Shown: positions 29,940 through 38,495 of the stretch, one piece after another | How the letters are laid out: each line of letters starts with the position of its first letter | Numbering within the stretch: the first letter of the stretch is position 1 | The notes under the pieces: generated by a model | What the model was told of the DNA's origin: nothing | The model's input: only the letters and a program-made list of their open reading frames with translations | Database searches by the model: none | NCBI GenBank assembly: GCA_963721015.1 | Contig: CAVRHM010000006.1 | Location: 141,399-205,398, forward strand | DNA length: 64,000 bases | From: an uncultured Chloroflexia bacterium | Lineage (GTDB): Bacteria; Chloroflexota; Limnocylindria; Limnocylindrales; CSP1-4 | Direction of reading: 5' to 3' | Position numbers and translations under genes: made by a program

Positions 29940-31187
29940 ATGACGACTGCGACCCTGCCGGCGCCCCACGCCGTTGCCTTGCCCGACCGAACCGATGTCG
30001 CCGTCATCGGCGGCGGCATCCTGGGCCTAGCCATCGCCCGCCAGCTGCTCCAGGAACGGCCGGGGCTGCGAGTGGCCATCCTCGAGCGTGAACGCGACCT
30101 GGCCACGCATCAGACGGGTCACAACAGTGGCGTCCTCCACGCGGGGCTGTACTACCAGCCGGGTTCACTGAAGGCCCGCTACTGTCGGGAGGGCAAGGCC
30201 GCCCTGGAGGCGTACGCCGATGAGCGGGGCATCCCGTACGAGCGCTGCGGCAAGCTCGTCGTCGCGCTCGACGAGTCGGAGCTGCCCGCGCTCGAGCGGC
30301 TGCGCGAGCGGGCCGAGGCCAACCAGGTGCCCGGGCTGGAGGTCGTCGGCCCGGAGCGGATCGCCGAGATCGAGCCGCACGTCAGGGCCGTCCGCGGGTT
30401 GCTCAGCCCCGGGACCGGGATCATCGACTATCGACGCGTCGCGCTCGCCTACGCCGACGACGTGCGGGCTGGTGGCGGGACGATCCATCTCGACCATGAG
30501 GTCACGGACGTTCGCTCGGTCGGGGACGGGGTCGTCGTCGTGACGCCTCGTGGCGAGCTCCCTGCGCGCGCCGTCGTCGGCTGCGCCGGGTTGTGGGCGG
30601 ATCAGGTCGCGGCGATGACGCCCGGGGCCGGGAGCGAACGGATCATCCCGTTCCGGGGCGACTACTACACGCTGACGCCGGACGCGGCCGCCCTGGTCCG
30701 CGGCCTCATCTATCCGGTCCCGGATCCGCGCTTCCCGTTCCTCGGCGTGCACTTCACCCGGCGGGTCGGTGGCGAGGTCTGGGCCGGCCCGAACGCCGTC
30801 CTGGCGTTCGCCCGGACGGGCTACCGACGGACGGACGTCAGCGTGCCGGATCTGGCCCGGACGTTGACCAGCCGCGGATTCCTGCGGCTGGCCATGAAGT
30901 TCTGGCAGACCGGGGCCGCGGAGATGTGGCGGGACTGGTCGAAGGGCGCGTTCCTGGCCGAGCTCCAGCGGTTCATCCCGGAGCTCCGAGGCGACCAGCT
31001 GACGTTCGGCCCGTCGGGGATCCGTGCGCAGGCGGTCGACCTGGACGGCAAGCTCGTCGACGACTTCCGGTTCCGCGGTGGCGATCGCGTCCTCCACGTC
31101 GTCAACGCCCCGTCGCCGGCCGCGACGTCGTCGCTGGCCATCGCCCGCGACGTCGGAGCGCGCGCTATCGAACGCTTCGGGCTGTAG
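29940..31187 (+). CDS. lhgO: L-2-hydroxyglutarate oxidase
   Basis: GGGILG, HQTGHNSGVLHAGLYY, IYPVPDPRFPFLGVH, GIRAQA, NAPSPAATSS. Confidence 0.92.
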   Translation: MTTATLPAPHAVALPDRTDVAVIGGGILGLAIARQLLQERPGLRVAILERERDLATHQTGHNSGVLHAGLYYQPGSLKARYCREGKAALEAYADERGIPYERCGKLVVALDESELPALERLRERAEANQVPGLEVVGPERIAEIEPHVRAVRGLLSPGTGIIDYRRVALAYADDVRAGGGTIHLDHEVTDVRSVGDGVVVVTPRGELPARAVVGCAGLWADQVAAMTPGAGSERIIPFRGDYYTLTPDAAALVRGLIYPVPDPRFPFLGVHFTRRVGGEVWAGPNAVLAFARTGYRRTDVSVPDLARTLTSRGFLRLAMKFWQTGAAEMWRDWSKGAFLAELQRFIPELRGDQLTFGPSGIRAQAVDLDGKLVDDFRFRGGDRVLHVVNAPSPAATSSLAIARDVGARAIERFGL

Positions 31188-31228
31188 CCGCCAGCCGCGG
31201 CTGGCGCCTCGTGTGGCTAACCGCCTCG

Positions 31229-32671
31229 CTAGCCGGGCTGGGCGAGGACCATGATCCGGATCTCGGTCATGTCGTCGATGGCCCAGCGCAGGCCCTCGCG
31301 GCCCAGGCCGGAGTCCTTGACCCCGCCGTAGGGCATGTGATCGATCCGGTAGGTCGGGATGTCGTTGACGATGACCCCACCGACCTCGAGCTCGCCGAAG
31401 GCCCGCCAGGCGCCGGCAAGGTCGTTCGTGAAGACCCCGGTCTGGAGCCCGAACATGCTGTCGTTGACCCGGTCGATGGCCTCGTCGAGGTCGGCGAACG
31501 GGAAGGCCACGACGAGAGGAGCGAAGGCCTCGTTGGAGCAGACCTGGGCGCTCAGCGGGACGTCCGCCAGGACGGTCGGCGGGAAGTACGTGCCGTCGGC
31601 CCGGCCACCGGCCAGCAGCCGCCCACCCATGGCCACTGCCTCGTCGACCCAACGCTGGGTCCGGGCGGCCTGGTGCTCGTCGACCATCGGGCCGACATCG
31701 GTCGCCGGGTCGAGCGGGTCGCCGACCTTGAGCTCCGCCACGCCGGCCAGGAACTTGGCCATGAACGCGTCCCAGATGGCCTCGTGGATGAACATCCGCT
31801 GGACGCTGATGCAGACCTGCCCGGCATAGGCAAAGGCGCCGATGAGCGAGCGCTTGACGGCCCAATCCAGATCCGCCGTCTGGTCGACGATGACCCCGGC
31901 GTTGCCGCCCAGCTCCAGGACGACCTTCTTCTTCCCGGCTCGCTCCTTCATCCGCCAGCCGACGCTCGGGCTGCCCGTGAAGGTCAGGAGCTTGAACCGC
32001 TCATCGGCGACCATCCGGTCGCCCAGCTCGCGGGTCATCGGCAGGATGCTGACCATCCCGGGCGGCACGCCGGCGGCCTCCACGATCTCGGCGACCGTCA
32101 GCATCGTCAACGGGTCCTTGGACGGCGGCTTGAGGACGATCGGGTTGCCGCTGGCGATCGCCGGGGCCAGTTTGTGGGCGGCCAGGTTCAACGGGAAGTT
32201 GAACGGGCTGATGCCGGCGATCGGGCCGATCGGGAAGCGCCGGGTGATCCCGACCCGATCCTTCGACGACGGCATGAGGTCGAGCGGGATGAGCTCGCCG
32301 GTCATCCGTTCCGCTTCCTCCGCCCCGAGGCGGAAGGTCAGGGTGGCCCGGTCGACCTCCACGAGTGCGTCGCGGATGGGCTTGCCCGCCTCCAGGGCGA
32401 TGAGCCGACCCAGCTCTTCGCGACGGGCCTTGATCCCGGCGCTGATCTCGCGCAGGATCCGGCCGCGTTCGTAGGCCGGCAGGTGGCGCGTCGTCTCGAA
32501 GGCCGCGACGGCCGCCTCGACGGCCTCCTCGTACTGGGCCTCGGTGGCGGTGAACGTCATGCCGGCCGGCTCATCGGGGTTGGCCGGATTGGCGACCTCG
32601 AGGACATCCGGCGATTCGACCCATCGACCGGCCAGGAAGATGGGATGCGGCTTGGTGCCGACGACGGTCAT
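31229..32671 (-). CDS. aldehyde dehydrogenase family protein
   Basis: ISPFNFP, FTGS, LELGGN, AGQVCIS, EAFAP, PYGGVKDSGLGREG. Confidence 0.95.
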   Translation of the reverse strand: MTVVGTKPHPIFLAGRWVESPDVLEVANPANPDEPAGMTFTATEAQYEEAVEAAVAAFETTRHLPAYERGRILREISAGIKARREELGRLIALEAGKPIRDALVEVDRATLTFRLGAEEAERMTGELIPLDLMPSSKDRVGITRRFPIGPIAGISPFNFPLNLAAHKLAPAIASGNPIVLKPPSKDPLTMLTVAEIVEAAGVPPGMVSILPMTRELGDRMVADERFKLLTFTGSPSVGWRMKERAGKKKVVLELGGNAGVIVDQTADLDWAVKRSLIGAFAYAGQVCISVQRMFIHEAIWDAFMAKFLAGVAELKVGDPLDPATDVGPMVDEHQAARTQRWVDEAVAMGGRLLAGGRADGTYFPPTVLADVPLSAQVCSNEAFAPLVVAFPFADLDEAIDRVNDSMFGLQTGVFTNDLAGAWRAFGELEVGGVIVNDIPTYRIDHMPYGGVKDSGLGREGLRWAIDDMTEIRIMVLAQPG

Positions 32672-32769
32672 CAGACGAGGCTCCTGGCGGCGATCACGGG
32701 TGAACGGATGGGGTACGGTCGCATCATACGACCGAGTCGATCCAGACCCTGCATCGGAGGCCGCCGACG

Positions 32770-33591
32770 ATGGCCCAACGAACCGACCTCCCGAACGCGC
32801 TCCGGGTCAAGCCCGGCTCGCGGGTCCGCCTGGCCAAGCTCGACCCCGGGGCCACCTACGGCTGGGCGAAAGAGACCGCCGCCCCGGCCCTGGACCGGCA
32901 GCTCGAACGCCTCGCCGACCTCCAGGACCGGTTCTGGGCGGAGTCGAAGCGCTCGGTCCTCATCGTCCTGCAGGGCATCGATGCGGCCGGCAAGGACGGC
33001 ACGATCAACAAGGTCATGGAGGCCTTCAATCCCCAGGGCTGCCCGGTCACCTCGTTCAAGGTCCCGAGCGCCGAGGAGCTGGCCCACGACTTCCTGTGGC
33101 GCATCCACAAGGCGGCGCCGCGGCGGGGCGAGATCGGCATCTTCAACCGGTCGCACTACGAGGACGTCCTCGTCGTCCGTGTCCACGACCTCGTCCCCAA
33201 GTCGGTCTGGTCCAAGCGCTACGGCTTGATCAACGAGTTCGAGGCGATCCTCGCCGCCAACGGGACGACCATCGTCAAGCTCTTCCTGTCGATCGACCGC
33301 GATGAGCAGCGCGCCCGGTTCCAGGCGCGCTACGACGATCCGACCAAGCGCTGGAAGTTCTCCATGGGTGACCTCGAGGAGCGCGGCCGGTGGGACGCCT
33401 ACCAGGCCGCCTTCGACGACGCCCTCTCGAAGACGTCGACGGACGTCGCGCCGTGGTACGTCATCCCGGCCAACCGAAAGTGGTTCCGCAACCTGGCCGT
33501 CGCGACGATCGTGGCCGACACGATGGCCGGCCTGCGTCCGCGGTATCCGCCCGTCGCCGACGACGTGCCCGAGGGCCTGGTCGTCGCCTGA
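32770..33591 (+). CDS. ppk2: polyphosphate kinase 2 family (class III-like)
   Basis: QGIDAAGKDG Walker A, HDFLWR, FNRSHYEDVL, KRWKF, APWYVIPA. Confidence 0.93.
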   Translation: MAQRTDLPNALRVKPGSRVRLAKLDPGATYGWAKETAAPALDRQLERLADLQDRFWAESKRSVLIVLQGIDAAGKDGTINKVMEAFNPQGCPVTSFKVPSAEELAHDFLWRIHKAAPRRGEIGIFNRSHYEDVLVVRVHDLVPKSVWSKRYGLINEFEAILAANGTTIVKLFLSIDRDEQRARFQARYDDPTKRWKFSMGDLEERGRWDAYQAAFDDALSKTSTDVAPWYVIPANRKWFRNLAVATIVADTMAGLRPRYPPVADDVPEGLVVA

Positions 33592-33722
33592 GTCCGCGTC
33601 GCTCGGCCGGTGCGCCGGCGCACCGGTCCTCCGGCGGCCGCGAGCCGATCTCGGGAGGAGCGGAGTGGTTGGACAGGGTCCGTCATGACCAATTCGTCGG
33701 GGGCGGGGTGACGATGCCGCCA

Positions 33723-33751
33723 TTGGTCGATCGCCTGCGGCGACCTAGGCT
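33723..33751 (+). promoter_or_regulatory. putative sigma70 promoter upstream of the riboswitch
   Basis: TTGGTC-N17-TAGGCT. Confidence 0.45.
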
Positions 33752-33826
33752 CTCTCCAGACAGCCAGGGGTGCAGCGCCAGGTCGCTGCGTCTCACGCCC
33801 CGGCCGCCCCGGATCGACATGTGGTC

Positions 33827-33922
33827 GCTCCGGAGACGACAAAGGCAAACCCGGTGCGAGCCGGGGGCGCAAAGCCACGGGACTGGATCCTCGCTCCAGT
33901 CAGCCGGGCTGCCGTACGGAGC
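33827..33922 (+). ncRNA. c-di-GMP-I riboswitch (GEMM-I, canonical G20/A47/C92)
   Basis: ACGACAAAGGCAAACCCGGT-GCGA-GCCGGGGGCGCAAAGCCACGGGACTGGA...TCCAGTCAGCCGGGCTGCCGT; G33844/A33871/C33912. Confidence 0.93.
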
Positions 33923-33930
33923 GGATCGCC

Positions 33931-35721
33931 ATGGTCTCCTTCCTCCGCCGACGCACGTCGGCCATGGCCGAAGGAGCGCTCGTCGCCATCATCGTCGCGA
34001 TGTTGGCCGGCCCTGCCGGGCTGACCGCCTTCGCGATGGCCGGCAGGGGCGGCCCATCGGCCACGATCGAGTCGCTCGAGGGCGTCCTCACCGTCCGACA
34101 CGGCGACGACTTCGCGACGGGCCGGGTGGTGGGCCACGCCTATTCCCTGACCAACGCAGATGGCGAGACGCAGCTCGGCTTCCTTGGCGCTCCGCCGGAC
34201 GACGCCCTCGCCGGTTCGAGGATCCGTGTCCATGGCGCCGGGCGAGCCGGCGGCCGATTCTATGTCGCAGACGGCGGGACGACCCAACTCGCGAAGGCAG
34301 CGACGACCACCGCGTCGACGGGCGCCAAGAGCGTCGCGGTCGTGTTGCTGAACTTCTCGAACGACACCAGCGAGCCCTACACACCCTCCTTTGCAGCTGG
34401 TGTGGCGTTTACCGACACGAAGTCCGTCAGGGCGTATTACGCGGAGACCTCGTGGGGCCAGCTCACGGTCACCGGCGACGTCTTCGGTTGGTACACGCTT
34501 CCTGACACGAACGACGCCTGCGCCACCAGTAGCTGGGCCCAAGCGGCCACGACGGCGGCCACCGCAGCCGGCGCCGATCTGGATGCGTACGACAACGTCG
34601 TCTATGCCTTCCCGTACGTACCGAGTTGCCCCTGGTCAGGCCTCGCCAGCATGCCTGGCCGAGTGTCGTGGCTGAATGGGCCCGCGGCGATGTCGCTTCG
34701 GACGATGGCCCATGAGCTCGGACACAACTTCGGCACACATCACGCGAGCTCCCTGACCTGCACGGAGAGCGGGATCCGCGTCGCTCTGTCCGCCACGTGC
34801 GCTTCAACGGAATACGGCGACCCGTTCACCGTGATGGGAAGCGCGAGCCACTACCAGCAGACGAATTTCTCGCGCGGCAATTTCGGTTGGCTGAGCAGAT
34901 CGCAAACCCAAACCGTGACGGCATCGGGCGACTACATGCTGAGCCCGATCGAGCTCGACGATCCGAGCCTCGTGCAGGTCTTGAGGATCCCCCGGGGTGA
35001 TTCGGGTACCTACTTGACGCTGGAGTTCCGCCAAGCGTTCGGAACGCTCTTCGATACGTTCTCGTCGCTCGACCCGGTGACGAATGGTGTAACGGTCCGC
35101 CTGACCGCCGGCCAGACCGCGATGACGCAGACGCGGCTGATCGATACGACGTCTGCCACGTCGTCCTTCACCGATGCCCCGTTGGTCCCCGGCCGCACGC
35201 TGACGGATCCCGTCAGCGGCGTCTCCATCACGACGCTGACCGTATCGGCGTCTGGCGCCTCGGTTCACATCAGCTTCGACTCGCCTGCAACCCCCACACC
35301 CGCGCCGACGGCGAGCTCCGCGCCGACCCAAACGCCGGCACCGACGCCGAGCCCCGGCGCGACCGCCACACCGGCCCCAACACCGGCTCCGACGGCCACA
35401 CCCGCCCCAACACCGGCCCCGACGGCCAGGCCGACCCCGACTCCCGTGGCCGACACCGAACCTCCGACGACACCGGCGGCCCTCAAGGCCGCCCCCGGAA
35501 AGGGCAAGAAGGTTGCCCTGACATGGTCGGCGAGCTCGGACAATATCGCCGTCACCGGCTACGCGGTCTTCCGGGACGGCACGAGGATCGGCACCACATC
35601 GAAGACGGGCTTCACGGACGCGGTCCCTGGCAGGGCCGCGACGCACTCCTGGTTCGTCGTGGCGTATGACCGGGCGGACAACATGAGTCCGCCTTCCGAA
35701 TCCATCTCCGTCTCGCCCTAG
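33931..35721 (+). CDS. secreted M11 (gametolysin-like) zinc metalloprotease with Pro/Thr linker and C-terminal FN3 domain
   Basis: signal peptide; AHELGHNFGTHH, EYGDPFTVMG (Met-turn); PTPAPT linker; DTEPPTTP..LTWSASSDN..VTGY. Confidence 0.88.
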   Translation: MVSFLRRRTSAMAEGALVAIIVAMLAGPAGLTAFAMAGRGGPSATIESLEGVLTVRHGDDFATGRVVGHAYSLTNADGETQLGFLGAPPDDALAGSRIRVHGAGRAGGRFYVADGGTTQLAKAATTTASTGAKSVAVVLLNFSNDTSEPYTPSFAAGVAFTDTKSVRAYYAETSWGQLTVTGDVFGWYTLPDTNDACATSSWAQAATTAATAAGADLDAYDNVVYAFPYVPSCPWSGLASMPGRVSWLNGPAAMSLRTMAHELGHNFGTHHASSLTCTESGIRVALSATCASTEYGDPFTVMGSASHYQQTNFSRGNFGWLSRSQTQTVTASGDYMLSPIELDDPSLVQVLRIPRGDSGTYLTLEFRQAFGTLFDTFSSLDPVTNGVTVRLTAGQTAMTQTRLIDTTSATSSFTDAPLVPGRTLTDPVSGVSITTLTVSASGASVHISFDSPATPTPAPTASSAPTQTPAPTPSPGATATPAPTPAPTATPAPTPAPTARPTPTPVADTEPPTTPAALKAAPGKGKKVALTWSASSDNIAVTGYAVFRDGTRIGTTSKTGFTDAVPGRAATHSWFVVAYDRADNMSPPSESISVSP

Positions 35722-35745
35722 CAGGATCGCCAACGTCAGGGCGCG

Positions 35746-35775
35746 GAAAGGGCCGGGCGTGCGCCCGGCCCTTTC
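35746..35775. terminator. bidirectional intrinsic terminator between convergent genes
   Basis: GAAAGGGCCGGGCG-TG-CGCCCGGCCCTTTC. Confidence 0.85.
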
Positions 35776-35792
35776 GTGCTACGAGGGGGTGG

Positions 35793-36815
35793 TTAGCTCC
35801 CGGAAGACCCGGTGACCGTCGCGACGATCGTGACCAACTCTCCACAGGTGGAGGAGTCGTTGTTGAACGCGGCGCTGTTCGACGCGTAGTCCGCGATCCA
35901 GTAGTACTTCCCGTCGCTGTTGACGGTCAGGTTGGTGATGACATTGCCACCGACTGGCGAGCCGCCGGAGGTGCCGGACGAGAATGGCGCTGATGCGTCG
36001 GCGTCGCTCGTCCAGATCAGGGTCGAGCAGGTGCTGTCACTGTAGAGCTTGAACGTCACGCTGCCCGTAGCGGTGGTCGGGTTGAGTGTTGCCGAGTCGC
36101 TCAAGGTGGCCGTCCACGCGATCGTGCCGGCCGACGTCGTCGAGACGGTCACGTCCACGCTCGCGATGCGGTGGACGCAGTCGGAGGGATCCGAGTTGGG
36201 CTCCTGCGACGGATACGAGCAGGAGTTGAGGAACGTGCCGTTGGTGAGGCCGCTGACGCCTGCTACCTCGGTATCGATCAGGGTGATGTTGCATGTCGCC
36301 TGGGTATCGCCAGGGCCCTGGTTATCGGCCGCCGGGAATGCGGCGCTCACAGGGGACGTGACGGAGCACCAGTTGCTGGCCGAAGTTGTTCCCTCTGTTC
36401 CCACGAGGGTCGCACCCGTGCAACGGTCGGACCTGTTGTCGGTGCACGAGTACACGCGCGTCGACGTTTCGACGGCCGGCTTCCCGATGGTCACACAGAC
36501 GGCGGCGTCGGCCTTGCCGTCTCCATCGGTGTCGAACAGCGAACAGCCGTCGCCCGTGTTGTTCCCGCTCCAGGAGAGGTCGTCCCATTTCCAGGCGGTG
36601 TTGTAGTCGCCGGTGACCGTGTCGATCGCCGTGGCGTCGGCGGTCAGGTCCTTCTGGTTCGGCTCGTCGTTGGCGCCGTCCTCGTCCACAGTGAAGTTGA
36701 AGGTCGTTACGGCCATCACATTGCCGACACCCACGATGCCCGTTCCGAGCATCACAACGGCAAGCAGGGCCAGCCAGCGGCGCTTCTTGTGGGGGGCGCT
36801 GGGCTGAAATGTCAC
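35793..36815 (-). CDS. secreted Cys-rich (10 Cys), Ser/Thr/Asp-rich protein with a DxDxDG loop and C-terminal Ig-like domain
   Basis: AAGGAG RBS; signal KKRRWLALLAVVML; DTDGDGKAD; GSVTFKLY...GKYYWIADY. Confidence 0.8.
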   Translation of the reverse strand: MTFQPSAPHKKRRWLALLAVVMLGTGIVGVGNVMAVTTFNFTVDEDGANDEPNQKDLTADATAIDTVTGDYNTAWKWDDLSWSGNNTGDGCSLFDTDGDGKADAAVCVTIGKPAVETSTRVYSCTDNRSDRCTGATLVGTEGTTSASNWCSVTSPVSAAFPAADNQGPGDTQATCNITLIDTEVAGVSGLTNGTFLNSCSYPSQEPNSDPSDCVHRIASVDVTVSTTSAGTIAWTATLSDSATLNPTTATGSVTFKLYSDSTCSTLIWTSDADASAPFSSGTSGGSPVGGNVITNLTVNSDGKYYWIADYASNSAAFNNDSSTCGELVTIVATVTGSSGS

Positions 36816-37158
36816 GATAGTTCTCCTTCAAGCGATGTAGGGCTTAGTTGGAGCGTCGCGGCGCTCTCTGCACGCGATCCCGTGCGTGTCCGTCTCATCC
36901 ACCCTCCTCACCACTGGGTGCGACCGACTGGGTCGAAGCCGACCTAGAGAGGCTCGCGTGTTCGGCCACGAGCCTCGATCCGGCCTCGTGGGCCGGCGGA
37001 TGGTCGAGGTCATGCAGCGCGTGGCCGACCGCGGGACGCGGTATCGCGCGCTCGTCAATGGCTCGCTCCTGTCCACCCCGGAACGACCTATGACCGGATA
37101 CGGGCGACGGGTGAGGGCCGTTCCCCACGGACGGCGACGCTCGAGTCCCGGCGCGCTG

Positions 37159-37279
37159 GGCCGGGCGGTCGTGCTCCTCTGGCGACGGCGTGCCCGGCAA
37201 CCCCTGAAGATCCGGGGCGCACTCCTTACTGGCGCCCCATGCCCTTTGGGTCGGCGTGCTCCCCTGGCGACGACCGACC
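37159..37279 (-). ncRNA. candidate structured leader RNA: three hairpins with CAG(N)GGA loops
   Basis: 18-nt near-perfect repeat at 37170-37187 and 37255-37272 plus a related hairpin at 37214-37238. Confidence 0.5.
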
Positions 37280-37334
37280 GCCCGTTGGCCTCCGTCGGGG
37301 CGCGCCCCCGGCGCTGCGACCCGATCAGACCGGT

Positions 37335-37371
37335 GGTGTAGCAGTACGGAAGTACCACGTCAAGGTGGTAC
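37335..37371 (-). promoter_or_regulatory. putative sigma70 promoter with an operator-like palindrome over the -35 box
   Basis: minus strand TTGACG-N17-TACACC with extended TG; GTACCAC-N6-GTGGTAC at 37352-37371. Confidence 0.6.
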
Positions 37372-37441
37372 GGGCACGTTGTCGGCGAGGTGACACCAGC
37401 GTGGTGCGTCCATGCACCGCTGGCCCGCTCGACGAGGCGGG

Positions 37442-38495
37442 TCAGGCGCCCTCTGCAGCATCCGCCGCACGCCGATCCAGGCGATCGGCGAAGTCAGCCA
37501 ACCAGGCGGCGGTCGCGCCGTGGTGACCGGCCATCTCGTCCGGCCGCAGGCCCCCGGACCGCACGTTCCCAGGCCGCCGCCTTGCCGATGTGGCCGAGGT
37601 CGAGGGCGAGCATCGCGATCCGGGCCAGCTCGGCTCGCGGCAGCTCCAGCGACCACGCCCCGGTGGCCGCCTCGCGCAGATCGGCGAGCTCCGGTCCGTC
37701 CAGGTCCAGGCCGGCGTGGTAGGTGAACGAGCCCATCGTCGTGGTCAGGGTCGTGAACGGGTGGGCGACGACCGCGTCGCCCCAATCGAAGATGCGCAGC
37801 GATCCGTCACGCCCGACGACGACGTTGTTGCCGTGGAGGTCGCCGTGGTCGATGGTCGGAGCCACGGAGGCGGCGAGCTCGGTCGCCAGGGTCGAGACGA
37901 GTCCGGTCCGAGCGATGAGCCGGCGGCGGGCCGTGTCCGTTCGCGCCCGATCGGCACCGTCCACGCGCGCCCAGATCGCGTCGTCGGCCAGCAACCCGTC
38001 CAGGATCTCGGGGTAACGCTCGGGTCGCTCGTCGGGGACGCCGAGGGCGAGGAGCTCGTCGATGGCGCCCTCCGTCCGGCGCTGGACCGCGGCGTAGCGC
38101 GGCAGGAAGGCCGTCCAGCGGGCAAGCTCCTGGTCCGCGGCGCGGCCGTCCGGACCAGGGCTGTCGCGCAGCGTCGGACTCTCGTCGTCCACGAGCAGCC
38201 AGCCGCGCCCTGGGTCCGTGGCGATGGCCGGCACGACCAGCGCCTCCCCGCGGGCCGCGAACCAGTCCACGAGCGGCGCTTCGTGCATGCTCCCGGGGCC
38301 GTTCGCCTTGGACCACGCCTGGCCGTCATCATCGGTCGGCAGTCGGAAGACCGTCGACCACGGTCGCGCCCGCTGCTCCGGCTCCCCGACGACGCGCCGG
38401 CCGACCGCGGCCAGACGGTCGGTGGCCCAGGCCAGATGCTCGGTGCGCCAGCCCGGATCGGTCCAGGTGGCGAGACCGCGTCGAAGCGCGCTCAG
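37442..38495 (-). CDS. aminoglycoside phosphotransferase (APH)-like kinase; probable CTG start; apparent +1 indel near 37553
   Basis: W.DP.W...RPWSTV.R.PT...W.KA N-terminus in frame upstream of ORF 37494..38288; HGDLHGNN, IFDWGD. Confidence 0.8.

Noticed and set aside
30593-33229. Long opposite-strand or alternate-frame ORFs (e.g. 878 aa here, 749 aa at 45728, 657 aa at 52052)
   Set aside because: Shadow ORFs expected from stop-codon scarcity in high-GC DNA; they overlap well-supported genes and show no family motifs.
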